Source: an uncultured Bacteroidota bacterium (GTDB lineage Bacteria; Bacteroidota; Rhodothermia; Rhodothermales; UBA10348). Taken from it: DNA of 62,973 bases. The notes beneath the pieces were generated by a model. It worked only from the letters and a program-made list of their open reading frames with translations, did no database searches and was not told the origin of the DNA. Below are positions 18,190-27,867 of the stretch, piece after piece (within the stretch, counting starts at the first letter, position 1; each line of letters starts with the position of its first letter). The translations under genes and the position numbers were made by a program. The stretch is from assembly GCA_937877085.1 (NCBI GenBank), contig CALEEY010000207.1, positions 1-62,973 of the forward strand, written 5' to 3'.

Positions 18190-19185
18190 TCAAGGAAGTA
18201 ATCCGGTTGTTTGGTCCATTCCCAGCGCCAAATTAACGTTTTGAATGGCCTGAGTCGCCGCACCTTTTAACAAGTTGTCGATCGCAAATCCAATGGCTAC
18301 TTGATTTCCCCTCTGAACCCATCCAATGTCGGTAAAAGGTGATCCAACGCTCCAGTGGAGTTCAGGCAATTGATTGGGCCACAGTCGCACGAGGGGACAA
18401 TCTTGGTAGGCTGCCTGAAAATACGGGCCGAACAGATCTGATGGAGTCTTTTCCCCACCAGAAATTTCCACTTGGGCGACCCCCCAGATTCCATCGGTCC
18501 AGGGCCCCGAAATGGGTACGAACGAGTAATGAACATCCGGCGCCATCTGATCGATTTCCGCTTCGTGCTGATGTTCAAATACTTTATACGCTTTCACATT
18601 GCCACTTCGGCTCGGAAAATGGGTCGTGTCCTTGGCCACGGCTCCCGATCCACTGGCACCAGTAAGCGCCGCTATGGCAACAGTAGCTGAGATACGGGCT
18701 TTGGAGAGCGGAAAAAGCGCCAACGATATCGCGGATGCAAAACACCCCGGATTGGCAATCAACTTAGTACCGGGAGGCGGCGGTCCGGTAATTTCGGGTA
18801 ATCCGTACCACGCCGATTCGAGCAATTCAGGACGAGGATGCGGCGCGCCATACCGTTTTTGATAGGTAGTCGCGTCTTTCAGGCGAAAATCGGCGCTCAT
18901 ATCAACAATCAGACCGGCAAACCCTTGGTCTAGGAGTTCCCCAACAGCCAGCGCTCCCTGACCGTGCCCAGCCGCGACAAAAATGACATCCACCGGTGTT
19001 TCAATACGGGCGGTGAAGTCCAAATCTGAAACGCCGCGCAAATGGGCGTGCGCCTTCCAAATGGGCTGGTTCTCATGGGAACGGCTGGTAACCGCATCGA
19101 GCCGCATTTCTGGATGCGCCAATACGTATTCGATCAGCTTTCTACCGACATAACCTGCGCCATGAAGAATTCCCACCCGTATCAT
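18190..19185 (-). CDS. argC: N-acetyl-gamma-glutamyl-phosphate reductase
   Basis: N-terminal Rossmann motif GILHGAGYVG. Catalytic Cys region ANPGCFASA. The ATG overlaps the upstream stop (ATGA at 19182-19185). Confidence 0.9.
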   Translation of the reverse strand: MIRVGILHGAGYVGRKLIEYVLAHPEMRLDAVTSRSHENQPIWKAHAHLRGVSDLDFTARIETPVDVIFVAAGHGQGALAVGELLDQGFAGLIVDMSADFRLKDATTYQKRYGAPHPRPELLESAWYGLPEITGPPPPGTKLIANPGCFASAISLALFPLSKARISATVAIAALTGASGSGAVAKDTTHFPSRSGNVKAYKVFEHQHEAEIDQMAPDVHYSFVPISGPWTDGIWGVAQVEISGGEKTPSDLFGPYFQAAYQDCPLVRLWPNQLPELHWSVGSPFTDIGWVQRGNQVAIGFAIDNLLKGAATQAIQNVNLALGMDQTTGLLP

Positions 19186-20252
19186 TCTGCAACCTCCCGA
19201 ACAGCCGGCGGCTTTAAATACGTGGCGATAAGATCCCCCATTTCCTGTGGATCCTCTCGGGCATTGATGGCCGGAATCCCCATAACCTGACGAATGTACT
19301 GACGACCGACGCCGTTATCCGTGACGGGTCCCGTTACAAGCGCGATACTAGCATGATACCTGTCCTTGAACAAGGTCTGAGCAGCCCAAATGCCAGCAAG
19401 GTCCACTCCGGTTACGATGTGAGCTACGCAAAATGACTGCAACTCCTTGTCTTGCAACAGTTCATCGACACCATAGTATCCAATAATTCCGTCTCCCAAT
19501 TCAATCACGATTACGTCTGGATCGGCGGTAGTGTTCAGGTGATGGATAATTCCCTTCACATTTTTGGCCATCGTTTTGGAGGCCGAACACACGATTCCGG
19601 TATCCGTAAATGTGGCAATGGCCACGGCACCGTGGCGTTCGATGAGTCTGACGTCGCGCATGAGGGATGCGCCCGTAGCTTTCGCTGCCGCCACACGATA
19701 TCCTTTACGGGATAAACGCTGCACTAACTCGCAACAAGCCCACGTCTTTCCGGTGTCCATAGCCGTTCCGCTAACAAAAATTAACGGACACGATTGGGTC
19801 AAGTTTTCGACTTCGGGAAGCGCATGGTCTTGTAAACGAGCATGAACCCACATGCCTTCAGACTGAACCATGGCCGCGCCGATCACTTTAACTCGAAGTG
19901 CGGGGCCCAGCGAAGGATGGTCCGAAGTACAGTTTCCGATGATTCCACCCAAATTGAGCACGTTTAGCGTATCTCCCGGCAGGGCAATTCTGGGCACCTG
20001 TCCACTATATCCTTTCAGCGCTTTCCGTTCGCCCAGCACGCCCACAAAGACGTCTCCTTTGGCGATGGTTCTGAATTCGCCATCGGAGCACTCAATCTGG
20101 TTGTAAATCGCTTTGGACTCGAGAGCCTCGACGACAATGCAGTATCCTTCTTGAGCTACCACATAGTCTGATACGGTAACATCCCTGTCCAATCCGGTTT
20201 TCGCGGCGGTTGAACAAACATAGGTTACTTGCATGGTATTCATTTTGGTCAT
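19182..20252 (-). CDS. Uncharacterised P-loop (SIMIBI/BioD-CobQ-DUF1611-like) protein embedded in the arg operon
   Basis: ATGA overlaps with argG (20249-20252) and argC (19182-19185). Has the Walker-A-like FVSGTAMDTGKT, the Walker-B-like DVIVIELGDGIIG, and an N-terminal ~150 aa I cannot place. Confidence 0.6.
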   Translation of the reverse strand: MTKMNTMQVTYVCSTAAKTGLDRDVTVSDYVVAQEGYCIVVEALESKAIYNQIECSDGEFRTIAKGDVFVGVLGERKALKGYSGQVPRIALPGDTLNVLNLGGIIGNCTSDHPSLGPALRVKVIGAAMVQSEGMWVHARLQDHALPEVENLTQSCPLIFVSGTAMDTGKTWACCELVQRLSRKGYRVAAAKATGASLMRDVRLIERHGAVAIATFTDTGIVCSASKTMAKNVKGIIHHLNTTADPDVIVIELGDGIIGYYGVDELLQDKELQSFCVAHIVTGVDLAGIWAAQTLFKDRYHASIALVTGPVTDNGVGRQYIRQVMGIPAINAREDPQEMGDLIATYLKPPAVREVAE

Positions 20253-21454
20253 GGCTTTGGAGTGGATGCGGAGCGAACTCGATGGGTTAAAAGTGACTGC
20301 AGGCCAAGAATGCGCGCAAACCCTCTAGCGTCCCGCCCATCCCACAATTGATTGCTCTCGCCGTACGTGGCGACCCCGGTGTCAAACAAAGAAAACGGGC
20401 TCTTTGTGCCTTGAATAGCAACATTTCCCTTGTACAGACTGATAGAAACTGTTCCCGTAACCGTTTCTTGGGATGAATTCATAAACGCCTCAATGTCCCT
20501 CAGAGCGGGATCAAAATATTGCGCTTCGTGGAGCATCATACCATAGAAATCGCCTAATTGGGCTTTGTGATACTGTTGCCAGCGTGACAATACCGTCTTT
20601 TCCAGTTCCCGGTGAGCCGGAATCAGAATGGCAGCGGCAGCTGCTTGAAAACCCACGCGGCCTTTGATACCCAAAATGGTATCTCCCACGTGAATAGCGC
20701 GGCCAATACCGTGCTCTTCTCCGATTCGGTTCAGTGCTTCAATCAATTCAACCGGAGACATGCTTGAACCATCGATGCTGACCGGAGTGCCCTTCTCAAA
20801 CCCAATCACAACGGAAACGGCCTGATCTGGCGAATCTTTAGGAGAGGGGGTCGGCCATGCACTGTCTGGAAGCGGCTTTTCGGTCGTTAGGGTCTCTTTT
20901 CCACCAACCGTCGTTCCCCAAAGCCCGGTATTGATCGAATAGGTGGTCGTGGAAGCAGAAACGGCATACCCCCTTTCCTTCAACCAGTTTGTCGTGTATT
21001 CGCGCGTTAGACCTAGGTCCCGAATCGGAGTGAGAATGGTCAAATCATCTCCAAGCACGGATAATGCTACATCAAATCGGATTTGGTCGTTTCCAGCCCC
21101 CGTCGAGCCGTGGGCCACTACCGAAGACTTCAGTTTGCGGGCCATATCGACCAAGGCCTTAGCCTGAACCACTCGGTCTGGACCTACACAAAGCGGGTAA
21201 ACTTCCCCGCGTAGCACGTTGCCCTTGATGAGGTACTGGATGGATCGTTCAAAAAGCTCGTCTCTGGCATCCACCAAGTAATGCCCGGCGGAGCCAAGCT
21301 CTTTGGCCCGAAGCTCAATTTGTTGGCATTCCAGTTCGCTGAGCCCCCCTGTGTTAACGGTAACGGTATACACAGGGACGTTGTGTTCTTCCCTCAGGTA
21401 CGGCACGCAAAACGACGTGTCGAGACCTCCACTAAAAGCAACTACAATTGACAT
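20249..21454 (-). CDS. argG: Argininosuccinate synthase
   Basis: AFSGGLDTS ATP-PPase motif, ..HGSTGAGNDQIRF.. About 400 aa. Confidence 0.95.
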   Translation of the reverse strand: MSIVVAFSGGLDTSFCVPYLREEHNVPVYTVTVNTGGLSELECQQIELRAKELGSAGHYLVDARDELFERSIQYLIKGNVLRGEVYPLCVGPDRVVQAKALVDMARKLKSSVVAHGSTGAGNDQIRFDVALSVLGDDLTILTPIRDLGLTREYTTNWLKERGYAVSASTTTYSINTGLWGTTVGGKETLTTEKPLPDSAWPTPSPKDSPDQAVSVVIGFEKGTPVSIDGSSMSPVELIEALNRIGEEHGIGRAIHVGDTILGIKGRVGFQAAAAAILIPAHRELEKTVLSRWQQYHKAQLGDFYGMMLHEAQYFDPALRDIEAFMNSSQETVTGTVSISLYKGNVAIQGTKSPFSLFDTGVATYGESNQLWDGRDARGFARILGLQSLLTHRVRSASTPKP

Positions 21455-21486
21455 GGCAAAATCGAGTTAAAAGTGCGCTTTAGGTA

Positions 21487-21523
21487 AATAAAAAAAGCGC
21501 CGGTTCCATACGGATCGGCGCTT
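21487..21523 (-). terminator. Intrinsic terminator 35 nt upstream of the argG ATG (candidate attenuator terminator)
   Basis: The minus strand reads aagcgccg-atccgtatggaac-cggcgctt followed by TTTTTTTATTT. Confidence 0.8.
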
Positions 21524-21558
21524 GAGTCGGTTGACGTAGTCGGGCTACATCAGGCTAC

Positions 21559-21645
21559 CTAACTTGCTACGAATCCGCATACCCCGAAGGATATCTGTCG
21601 GATTCGTCGGCGAAGACTGGTAGTAATATGGGTGGTAATGGTCAT
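21559..21645 (-). CDS. Candidate arginine-operon leader peptide (28 aa)
   Basis: My translation is MTITTHITTSLRRRIRQISFGVCGFVAS*. CGC CGA CGA ATC CGA gives 4 Arg in 5 codons at 21598-21612, overlapping the 5' arm of a 9-bp hairpin. Confidence 0.45.
   Translation of the reverse strand: MTITTHITTSLRRRIRQISFGVCGFVAS
21569..21607 (-). promoter_or_regulatory. Leader hairpin overlapping the Arg codons
   Basis: On the minus strand, acgaatccg (21607-21599) pairs with cggattcgt (21577-21569). An inner stem atatcc-UUCG-gggtat needs a G-U pair on the minus strand but gives a C-A mismatch on the plus strand. Confidence 0.6.
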
Positions 21646-21653
21646 AGAGTTCA

Positions 21654-21683
21654 ATTATACGGCTAAATATGGAATGCAATCAA
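21654..21683 (-). promoter_or_regulatory. Sigma-70-like promoter candidate for the arg leader
   Basis: TTGATT (21683-21678), 18-nt spacer, TATAAT (21659-21654). Only 8 nt lie between the -10 box and the leader ATG, which implies a near-leaderless transcript. Confidence 0.35.
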
Positions 21684-21690
21684 CCATTTT

Positions 21691-22080
21691 TCAAACTTCA
21701 TACGAATCTAAAACAGGGACATCGTTCCAAACCCTAAGGTGGTATTGTTGAAGCTGTTTTAACTGGTCTAGTCCGAGACGCGTCAACCGGTAATAAATGC
21801 GAGGCCGGCCACCCTGTTGATCCTCGTTCTTAACCGATCGTTTTTCTATGATTTTCCTCAACGCAAGCTGATCAAGAGAAACCCAGAGGCTACCCACGGT
21901 CACTTTCTTTTGTGCTCGGGAAACCATTTCAGCCATAATCGATGTGCTATAGGCGTCATTTCCGAGCACCATAATCGCGATCAATAAGATCTCATCGGCC
22001 CGGGAAAGCGGCCTTGAAGATGTCTTTATCGATATTTTTTGGGACGTTTTTGCCACGTGGTTCAGGATTGGGCGCGTCAA
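21691..22080 (-). CDS. PadR-like winged-helix transcriptional regulator
   Basis: ..ILLIAIMVLGNDAYSTSIMAEM...GSLWVSLDQLALRKIIEK...GGRPRIYYRLTRLG resembles the PadR wHTH. The start is uncertain (TTG at 22080 or GTG at 22056). Confidence 0.6.
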   Translation of the reverse strand: MTRPILNHVAKTSQKISIKTSSRPLSRADEILLIAIMVLGNDAYSTSIMAEMVSRAQKKVTVGSLWVSLDQLALRKIIEKRSVKNEDQQGGRPRIYYRLTRLGLDQLKQLQQYHLRVWNDVPVLDSYEV

Positions 22081-22125
22081 ATAATGTGGTCGATATAACG
22101 ACCTGCGAGCTAAAAGCTAACGGCT

Positions 22126-22141
22126 ACCTAGGCACCTAGGC
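22126..22141. repeat. 8-bp tandem duplication containing the leuD stop codon
   Basis: The minus strand reads GCCTAGGT GCCTAGGT. The first copy carries the leuD TAG (22136-22138). Confidence 0.7.
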
Positions 22142-22696
22142 CATAAGACCCGCGCGGCGAGCATATTCAAAAACGTTTCCGCACTTCAATATTTCAGCTA
22201 CATCTCCCAGCGGGTTCAACAAATATTCGGCGCCTGAAGTCGCATTTGACAAGATTCCGGTTCGGGTGTCGAGTGTGAGTTCATCCCCCGTTTGGATCAT
22301 GTCAACTAACCGCATGCTGGATTCGAACGGGATTACAAAGCCACCATCTACTGCATTACGATAAAAGATGCGTGCATAGGACTCCGCGATAACCACCTCT
22401 GCACCGGCTTCCTGAATGGCAAACGGAGCGTGTTCACGCGAGGATCCGCAGCCAAAATTGGTCCCGGCAATCACGAACGTGAATTCACTTTTAAATTGGT
22501 CGGGGGGCGTAAATGGCACATTCCCAACCGGTAGTCCTTGCTCCCCTTCTGGAAGCCCACATAGGGCATATCGTCCGTAAAACTGGCGTTCTTCCGGCAA
22601 CTTCATGCTGTAAACCAGGTGGATGGCGGGAATTATTTGATCGGTGTCGATCGAGTCCCCTACAACGTAAGCTTTTCCTTTAATGATGTCTTTCAT
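22136..22696 (-). CDS. leuD: 3-isopropylmalate dehydratase small subunit
   Basis: Start trimmed to [23 protein letters not shown] (ATGA overlap with the leuC stop at 22693-22696). [13 protein letters not shown] motif. Confidence 0.88.
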   Translation of the reverse strand: MKDIIKGKAYVVGDSIDTDQIIPAIHLVYSMKLPEERQFYGRYALCGLPEGEQGLPVGNVPFTPPDQFKSEFTFVIAGTNFGCGSSREHAPFAIQEAGAEVVIAESYARIFYRNAVDGGFVIPFESSMRLVDMIQTGDELTLDTRTGILSNATSGAEYLLNPLGDVAEILKCGNVFEYARRAGLMA

Positions 22697-23991
22697 ACCA
22701 AAACCTCGCGAGGGTCTGTAATGGTCCCATTGAGCGCTGATGCGGCCACTGTTAATGGGGAGGCTAGGTAGACGGCCGCCTGCTTGGAACCCATTCTTCC
22801 GGGAAAATTGCGATTGGTTGTAGAAATGACCACCTCCGTACCATGCGTCCTCCCGAAGGTATCGACGGGCCCGCCCAGGCAAGCCCCGCACGATGCATGG
22901 CCCATTTTGCAACCTGCATCGAGGAACACCTGCCAAATGGTTTTACCATTCATGGTTCGCTCTCGGAGCTGCCGGGTAACCTCGGAGCTCGCGGGAACCA
23001 CAAAAGTATCTATGCGAACTTCATTGCCTTCCAGAATGCTCGCGGCTGCCATAAAGTCTTCAATTTTCCCGCCGGTGCAGCTTCCAATGTAGGCTCGATC
23101 AAGTTTTGTCCCAGCGACTTCCGAAACGTTGGCTAGATTGTCCGGGCGGTGGGGTTTAGCAACTACAGGCTCCATTTTGGAAACATCGTACACCCGTTCA
23201 GAAAAAAACGTGGCACCCGCATCGCCGTAGACCGGCTCGAAACCATGGTCGGTACGCGCGCGCACATATTCGAACGTCTTTTCATCCGGAGCAATAATGC
23301 CGTTTTTACCGCCGGCTTCGATGGCCATGTTAGTGAGCGTCATGCGCTCCTCCATGGACAAGTCGAAAACGGCTTTCCCGTCGAATTCTAGTGCCTTATA
23401 GGTCCCGCCTTCAAAACCAATATCTCCAATGACGGAGAGGATTAGGTCTTTGGCCATCAAGTACGGGGGGAGATCTCCCTCAAACACAAAACGCATAGTG
23501 TCCGGGACTTTCACCCAGATCTTTCCCGTTCCCATAATGAGAGCCGCGTCCGTATTTCCCACGCCCGTAGAAAAGAGCCCGAAAGCTCCCGAGGTGCAGG
23601 TATGGCTATCTGTACCAAATAGCACGTTGCCGGGCCGGTTGAATCCTTCCTCAGCTAACGCTATGTGGCACACTCCCTTATACTGACTGGTACCCACATC
23701 GTAGTAGTGTGGAAGATCGTGCAGGCTGGCAAAATCCCTCAACAGCTCGATATTTCGCCGAGCATGCGGGTCCTCTGTGAAGATGTAATGGTCTGGCAAG
23801 ATCACCAATTTGTTCTTGTCCCAGACTTTGGCCGACTCACCGAATTCTCGTTTGAAAATATCGATTGTGGGTGGGCCACACACATCGTGCGTCATCAAAA
23901 TATCCACGTCAATCCAGATGTTTTCTCCTGGATTAACGCGTGCACGGTTCGCGTGCTGGGCTAAAATCTTCTGGGTTATTGTCTGTGCCAT
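22693..23991 (-). CDS. leuC: 3-isopropylmalate dehydratase large subunit (short, ~430-aa type)
   Basis: Aconitase-family motifs and Fe-S cysteines ([21 protein letters not shown]). Confidence 0.9.
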   Translation of the reverse strand: MAQTITQKILAQHANRARVNPGENIWIDVDILMTHDVCGPPTIDIFKREFGESAKVWDKNKLVILPDHYIFTEDPHARRNIELLRDFASLHDLPHYYDVGTSQYKGVCHIALAEEGFNRPGNVLFGTDSHTCTSGAFGLFSTGVGNTDAALIMGTGKIWVKVPDTMRFVFEGDLPPYLMAKDLILSVIGDIGFEGGTYKALEFDGKAVFDLSMEERMTLTNMAIEAGGKNGIIAPDEKTFEYVRARTDHGFEPVYGDAGATFFSERVYDVSKMEPVVAKPHRPDNLANVSEVAGTKLDRAYIGSCTGGKIEDFMAAASILEGNEVRIDTFVVPASSEVTRQLRERTMNGKTIWQVFLDAGCKMGHASCGACLGGPVDTFGRTHGTEVVISTTNRNFPGRMGSKQAAVYLASPLTVAASALNGTITDPREVLV

Positions 23992-23997
23992 CGATCC

Positions 23998-25614
23998 TTA
24001 TTCTGGGGTGCCGCTTCCGAAGGCCTGCATGATTCCTGTTCCTACGAACTGAATGGACTCTTCTTCCGCACGATGGGCCGCCAAAGAATTGAGGGCATTC
24101 ATATAGGCTTCAGCCGAGGCATGAATGACGTCCGTACTGCTTGCTTTGCCCGCAAACAATGGTCCTCCGAAACTAATAAGGACGGAGACCTCTCCAAACG
24201 CATCGGCTCCTTCGGATACCGAGCGGATCGAGTAATTAACCAGATCGTGCCCTTCGTTTACGGCGTGATCGATGGCTCGGTACAAGGCGTCGATGGGGCC
24301 ATCGCCAGTCGCTGATTTTTCAACGACTTCGTCGCGCTTTAAATCGCGAATCGTGACTTTGGCTTCTGGTTCTTTATCGGTACCAACGGATACCTGAAAG
24401 CTTTCTAGTTTATAGTGAGGTTCTGTTTTCACGTTTTTATAATCGTGGACGAGGTTAAATAAATCGGTATCGTTGATCTCTTTCTTGCGATCCGCAAGAC
24501 GTACGAACTCATCGTAAATAAGATCTTTTTCGCTTGGAGGTATTCGAATGCCCAGTTGATCCATTCGGCTAAATAATCCATGGCGACCGGAGTGCCGACC
24601 TAGGCGAATTGCCTGTACATCCTGGCCAACATCCTCAGCCCGCATAATTTCGTATGTTTCGCGCGCTTTTAGAACCCCATCTTGATGAATTCCAGCCTCA
24701 TGTGTGAAGGCATTTCGTCCGACAATGGCTTTGTTGTACTGCACTTGAAATCCCGAAAAGGTCGAAACTATTTTAGAGATTTGAGTCAATAGGGCCGGAT
24801 TAATGCCCGTTTTCAGTTCGAAATGAGGCGCTCTAACCAACAAGGCCATCGCGATTTCTTCCAAAGCCGCGTTCCCGGCTCGTTCGCCAATTCCGTTGAT
24901 GGTGCATTCCACTTGGCGCGCGCCAGCTTGGACTCCACTCAGCGAATTAGCAACCGCTAAGCCGAGATCGTCGTGGCAATGGGTTGAAAAAATGACATGT
25001 TGACCAAACGTACACCCATTCATGACGCGGCGAATTAAATCGGCATATTCATCCGATATGCAGTATCCGGTCGTGTCGGGCAAATTGATGGTGGTCGCGC
25101 CAGCGTCAATCACGGCTTGAACCACTTCGCACAAATAATCGGTGCCCGTGCGGCCGGCATCCTCCGCGCTAAACTCGATGTCGGACGTGAAGGTTTTTGC
25201 TCTTAAAACGGCATCCACAGCCATTTTTTTAATGGTGAGGCGCTTTTCCTCAATGGTTTTTCCATACCGAGCGTCGGCGAATTTGGCGTTCAGGTGAATA
25301 TCGCTGGTCGCAATGAAGGTGTGAATGCGGGTATTCACTCCTCCTTCTAGGGCCTTACCCGCAGCGTCGATATCCGCACTTTTTGCCCGCGCGAGCGCGC
25401 AAATGGTTGGCCCCGATACTTCCTTTACAATGCGCCTGACCGCTTCAAATTGGGCGGGCGATGAGATAGGAAAACCCGCTTCGATGACATCGACCCCCAA
25501 ACGAGCCAATTGGTGCGCAATTTCAACCTTTTCTGGAATGGTCATGGCAGCTCCTGGAGCTTGCTCCCCGTCCCGCAAGGTGGTGTCAAAAATGATTACT
25601 GAATCCCAAGGCAT
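23998..25614 (-). CDS. leuA: 2-isopropylmalate synthase
   Basis: TTLRDGEQ and [13 protein letters not shown] motifs, plus a C-terminal LeuA regulatory domain. Confidence 0.93.
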   Translation of the reverse strand: MPWDSVIIFDTTLRDGEQAPGAAMTIPEKVEIAHQLARLGVDVIEAGFPISSPAQFEAVRRIVKEVSGPTICALARAKSADIDAAGKALEGGVNTRIHTFIATSDIHLNAKFADARYGKTIEEKRLTIKKMAVDAVLRAKTFTSDIEFSAEDAGRTGTDYLCEVVQAVIDAGATTINLPDTTGYCISDEYADLIRRVMNGCTFGQHVIFSTHCHDDLGLAVANSLSGVQAGARQVECTINGIGERAGNAALEEIAMALLVRAPHFELKTGINPALLTQISKIVSTFSGFQVQYNKAIVGRNAFTHEAGIHQDGVLKARETYEIMRAEDVGQDVQAIRLGRHSGRHGLFSRMDQLGIRIPPSEKDLIYDEFVRLADRKKEINDTDLFNLVHDYKNVKTEPHYKLESFQVSVGTDKEPEAKVTIRDLKRDEVVEKSATGDGPIDALYRAIDHAVNEGHDLVNYSIRSVSEGADAFGEVSVLISFGGPLFAGKASSTDVIHASAEAYMNALNSLAAHRAEEESIQFVGTGIMQAFGSGTPE

Positions 25615-25647
25615 GATACTTTGTCCTTTTTGAGCCTATTGGTTTTG

Positions 25648-26721
25648 CTACTTGGCGCGGCCAATGTGGAGGATGATTTCTGAAACGAATGTCGATGTCT
25701 GAACGGAAGGGCTTCCGTCAACCACGAGATCTGCGGTTCGCCACCCTGCTTTTAAGGTGTCCTCAACCGCCTGACGAATGCATTTCGCGGCTGCGGCCTC
25801 TCCCCACTCTTCCAGCATCATGGCTGCGCTCAAGATGGCGGCGACGGGATTCGCTACGTCCTTTCCGGCCAATTCCGGGGCGCTCCCGTGCACGGGTTCA
25901 AAAAGAGGGGTCGATCCGCCCAAACAAGCCGAGGGCAGCAGCCCAAGACTCCCAGCCAATGTGGAAGCCAGATCAGAAAGAATGTCCCCAAACAGGTTTC
26001 CTGTTAGAATAACATCGAATTGGAGGGGATTTAGGACCAATTGCATGGCCGCGTTATCTACGTACAGATGGTTCATTTGTACGTCCGGAAACTCGTCCCG
26101 GGCTATCCGACTGGCGGTTTCTCGCCAAAGGCGAGAAACCGCCAGCACATTAGCTTTATCGACTGAGGTAACTCTTCCGCTTCGACGAAGAGACCAGGCA
26201 CAGGCCACTCGGGTAATTCGCTCGATTTCTCCAACGGAGTACCGCATGGTATCCAGCGCATATTCCGCTTCCAAAATGCGCGGCTTCCCGAAATAGATGC
26301 CCCCAATGAGTTCACGAACCACCAAAATATCGGCTCCAGCCACTTTAGCTGGTGGCAACGCGGATAAATGAGCCAATGAAGCGGGTACGGCTACCGGCCG
26401 CAGATTGGCGAACACGCCTAATCCCGAACGAAGCGCCAAAAGACCGCCTTCCGGTCGATCTTCTCCGTTCAAATGGTCCCATTTGGGTCCGCCAATGGCC
26501 CCCATTAAAACGCCATCTGCCTTTTCGCAAGCGGACAATGTTTCCGGGGGAAGAGGACGGCCTTCTTTATCGATTGCAGCTCCTCCAAACGGACGTTCTT
26601 CAAAGGTCAGGGCAAGATTGAACGTCCCAGCGACCTTTTCCAACACGGATTGAGCAGCCTTCGTTACCTCCGGCCCAATCCCATCTCCAGGAAGCAACAC
26701 AATATGTTTGGATGATCTCAT
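25648..26721 (-). CDS. leuB: 3-isopropylmalate dehydrogenase
   Basis: LLPGDGIGPEV start, NLFGDILSD signature, GSAPELAGK. Confidence 0.93.
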   Translation of the reverse strand: MRSSKHIVLLPGDGIGPEVTKAAQSVLEKVAGTFNLALTFEERPFGGAAIDKEGRPLPPETLSACEKADGVLMGAIGGPKWDHLNGEDRPEGGLLALRSGLGVFANLRPVAVPASLAHLSALPPAKVAGADILVVRELIGGIYFGKPRILEAEYALDTMRYSVGEIERITRVACAWSLRRSGRVTSVDKANVLAVSRLWRETASRIARDEFPDVQMNHLYVDNAAMQLVLNPLQFDVILTGNLFGDILSDLASTLAGSLGLLPSACLGGSTPLFEPVHGSAPELAGKDVANPVAAILSAAMMLEEWGEAAAAKCIRQAVEDTLKAGWRTADLVVDGSPSVQTSTFVSEIILHIGRAK

Positions 26722-26748
26722 GCTATCAACGTTAGTTTTTAATCCCGA

Positions 26749-27780
26749 TTAAGCTGAAACGGATACTCCTTTCTCCTTTGGAGTCGGTGGTGCGGCGTCT
26801 TTACGGATCCAAGACATCATATTCCTCAGCTTTTTGCCGATGGTTTCCATCGGATGGTTCAGCGAAGCACTGCGTAATTTGGACATATTAGGCCAACCAG
26901 CATCGCATTCCGCTATCCATTCCCGTGCAAACTCCCCACTTTGAACTTCGTCCAATATTTTCTTCATTTCCTTTTTGACTTCCGCCGTCACGATGCGGCT
27001 TCCGCGAGAATACCCTCCGTATTCAGCGGTATCGCTCACCGACTTGTTCATCATTTCCAAACCCCCCTCGTAATACAAGTCTACAATGAGCTTCATTTCG
27101 TGGAGGCATTCAAAATAGGCCAACTCGGGGGCGTACCCGGCTTCAACTAGGGTCTCAAACCCCGCTTTTATGAGAGACTCCGTGCCGCCACACAGGACCG
27201 CTTGCTCTCCAAAAAGGTCGGTCTCAGTTTCATCCTTAAAATTCGTTTCGATAACGCCCGCCCGCATCCCGCCAATCCCCTTGGCCCAACTGAGTGCGAG
27301 GTCTTTGGCGTTTCCAGTGGCATCTTGAGCAACCGCCACGAGGCAGGGAACGCCTTTTCCTTCTTCAAAGGTACGTCGAACTAAATGCCCCGGCGATTTA
27401 GGGGCCACCATAAACACATCTACACCCGGTGGTGGCGCTATCTGTCCATAGTGAACGTTAAATCCATGCCCAAAAGCCAATGCTTTGCCTGGCGTCATGT
27501 GCTGGGCAATAGAGGCATTGTAGACGGTTTTTTGGATCTGGTCCGGAATTAAGACCATCACTATGTCGGCCCATTTCGCCGCTTCCGAAACCGTCATCGC
27601 CTGAAGTCCTTTGGCCTCAACCTCTGCCGCCGAGGAAGAGCCTTCTTGCAGGCCCACTACTACTTGGACTCCACTTTCATGGAGGTTGAGGGCATGCGCA
27701 TGTCCCTGACTTCCGTAACCGATAACCGCAACTTTCTTGTTTTGAATGAGGCCGAGATCGGCTTCGTAGTGCATTTTCAT
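26749..27780 (-). CDS. ilvC: Ketol-acid reductoisomerase
   Basis: [13 protein letters not shown]ossmann motif and the typical class I length. Confidence 0.95.
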   Translation of the reverse strand: MKMHYEADLGLIQNKKVAVIGYGSQGHAHALNLHESGVQVVVGLQEGSSSAAEVEAKGLQAMTVSEAAKWADIVMVLIPDQIQKTVYNASIAQHMTPGKALAFGHGFNVHYGQIAPPPGVDVFMVAPKSPGHLVRRTFEEGKGVPCLVAVAQDATGNAKDLALSWAKGIGGMRAGVIETNFKDETETDLFGEQAVLCGGTESLIKAGFETLVEAGYAPELAYFECLHEMKLIVDLYYEGGLEMMNKSVSDTAEYGGYSRGSRIVTAEVKKEMKKILDEVQSGEFAREWIAECDAGWPNMSKLRSASLNHPMETIGKKLRNMMSWIRKDAAPPTPKEKGVSVSA

Positions 27781-27867
27781 AATCGTAATTCTGTAATTGA
27801 ACGTAAAATTCGGTGAGTGCGCCGTCGTTGGATGTGCGCGAGGCTAGTTTCTGGGACGGGTGGATAT

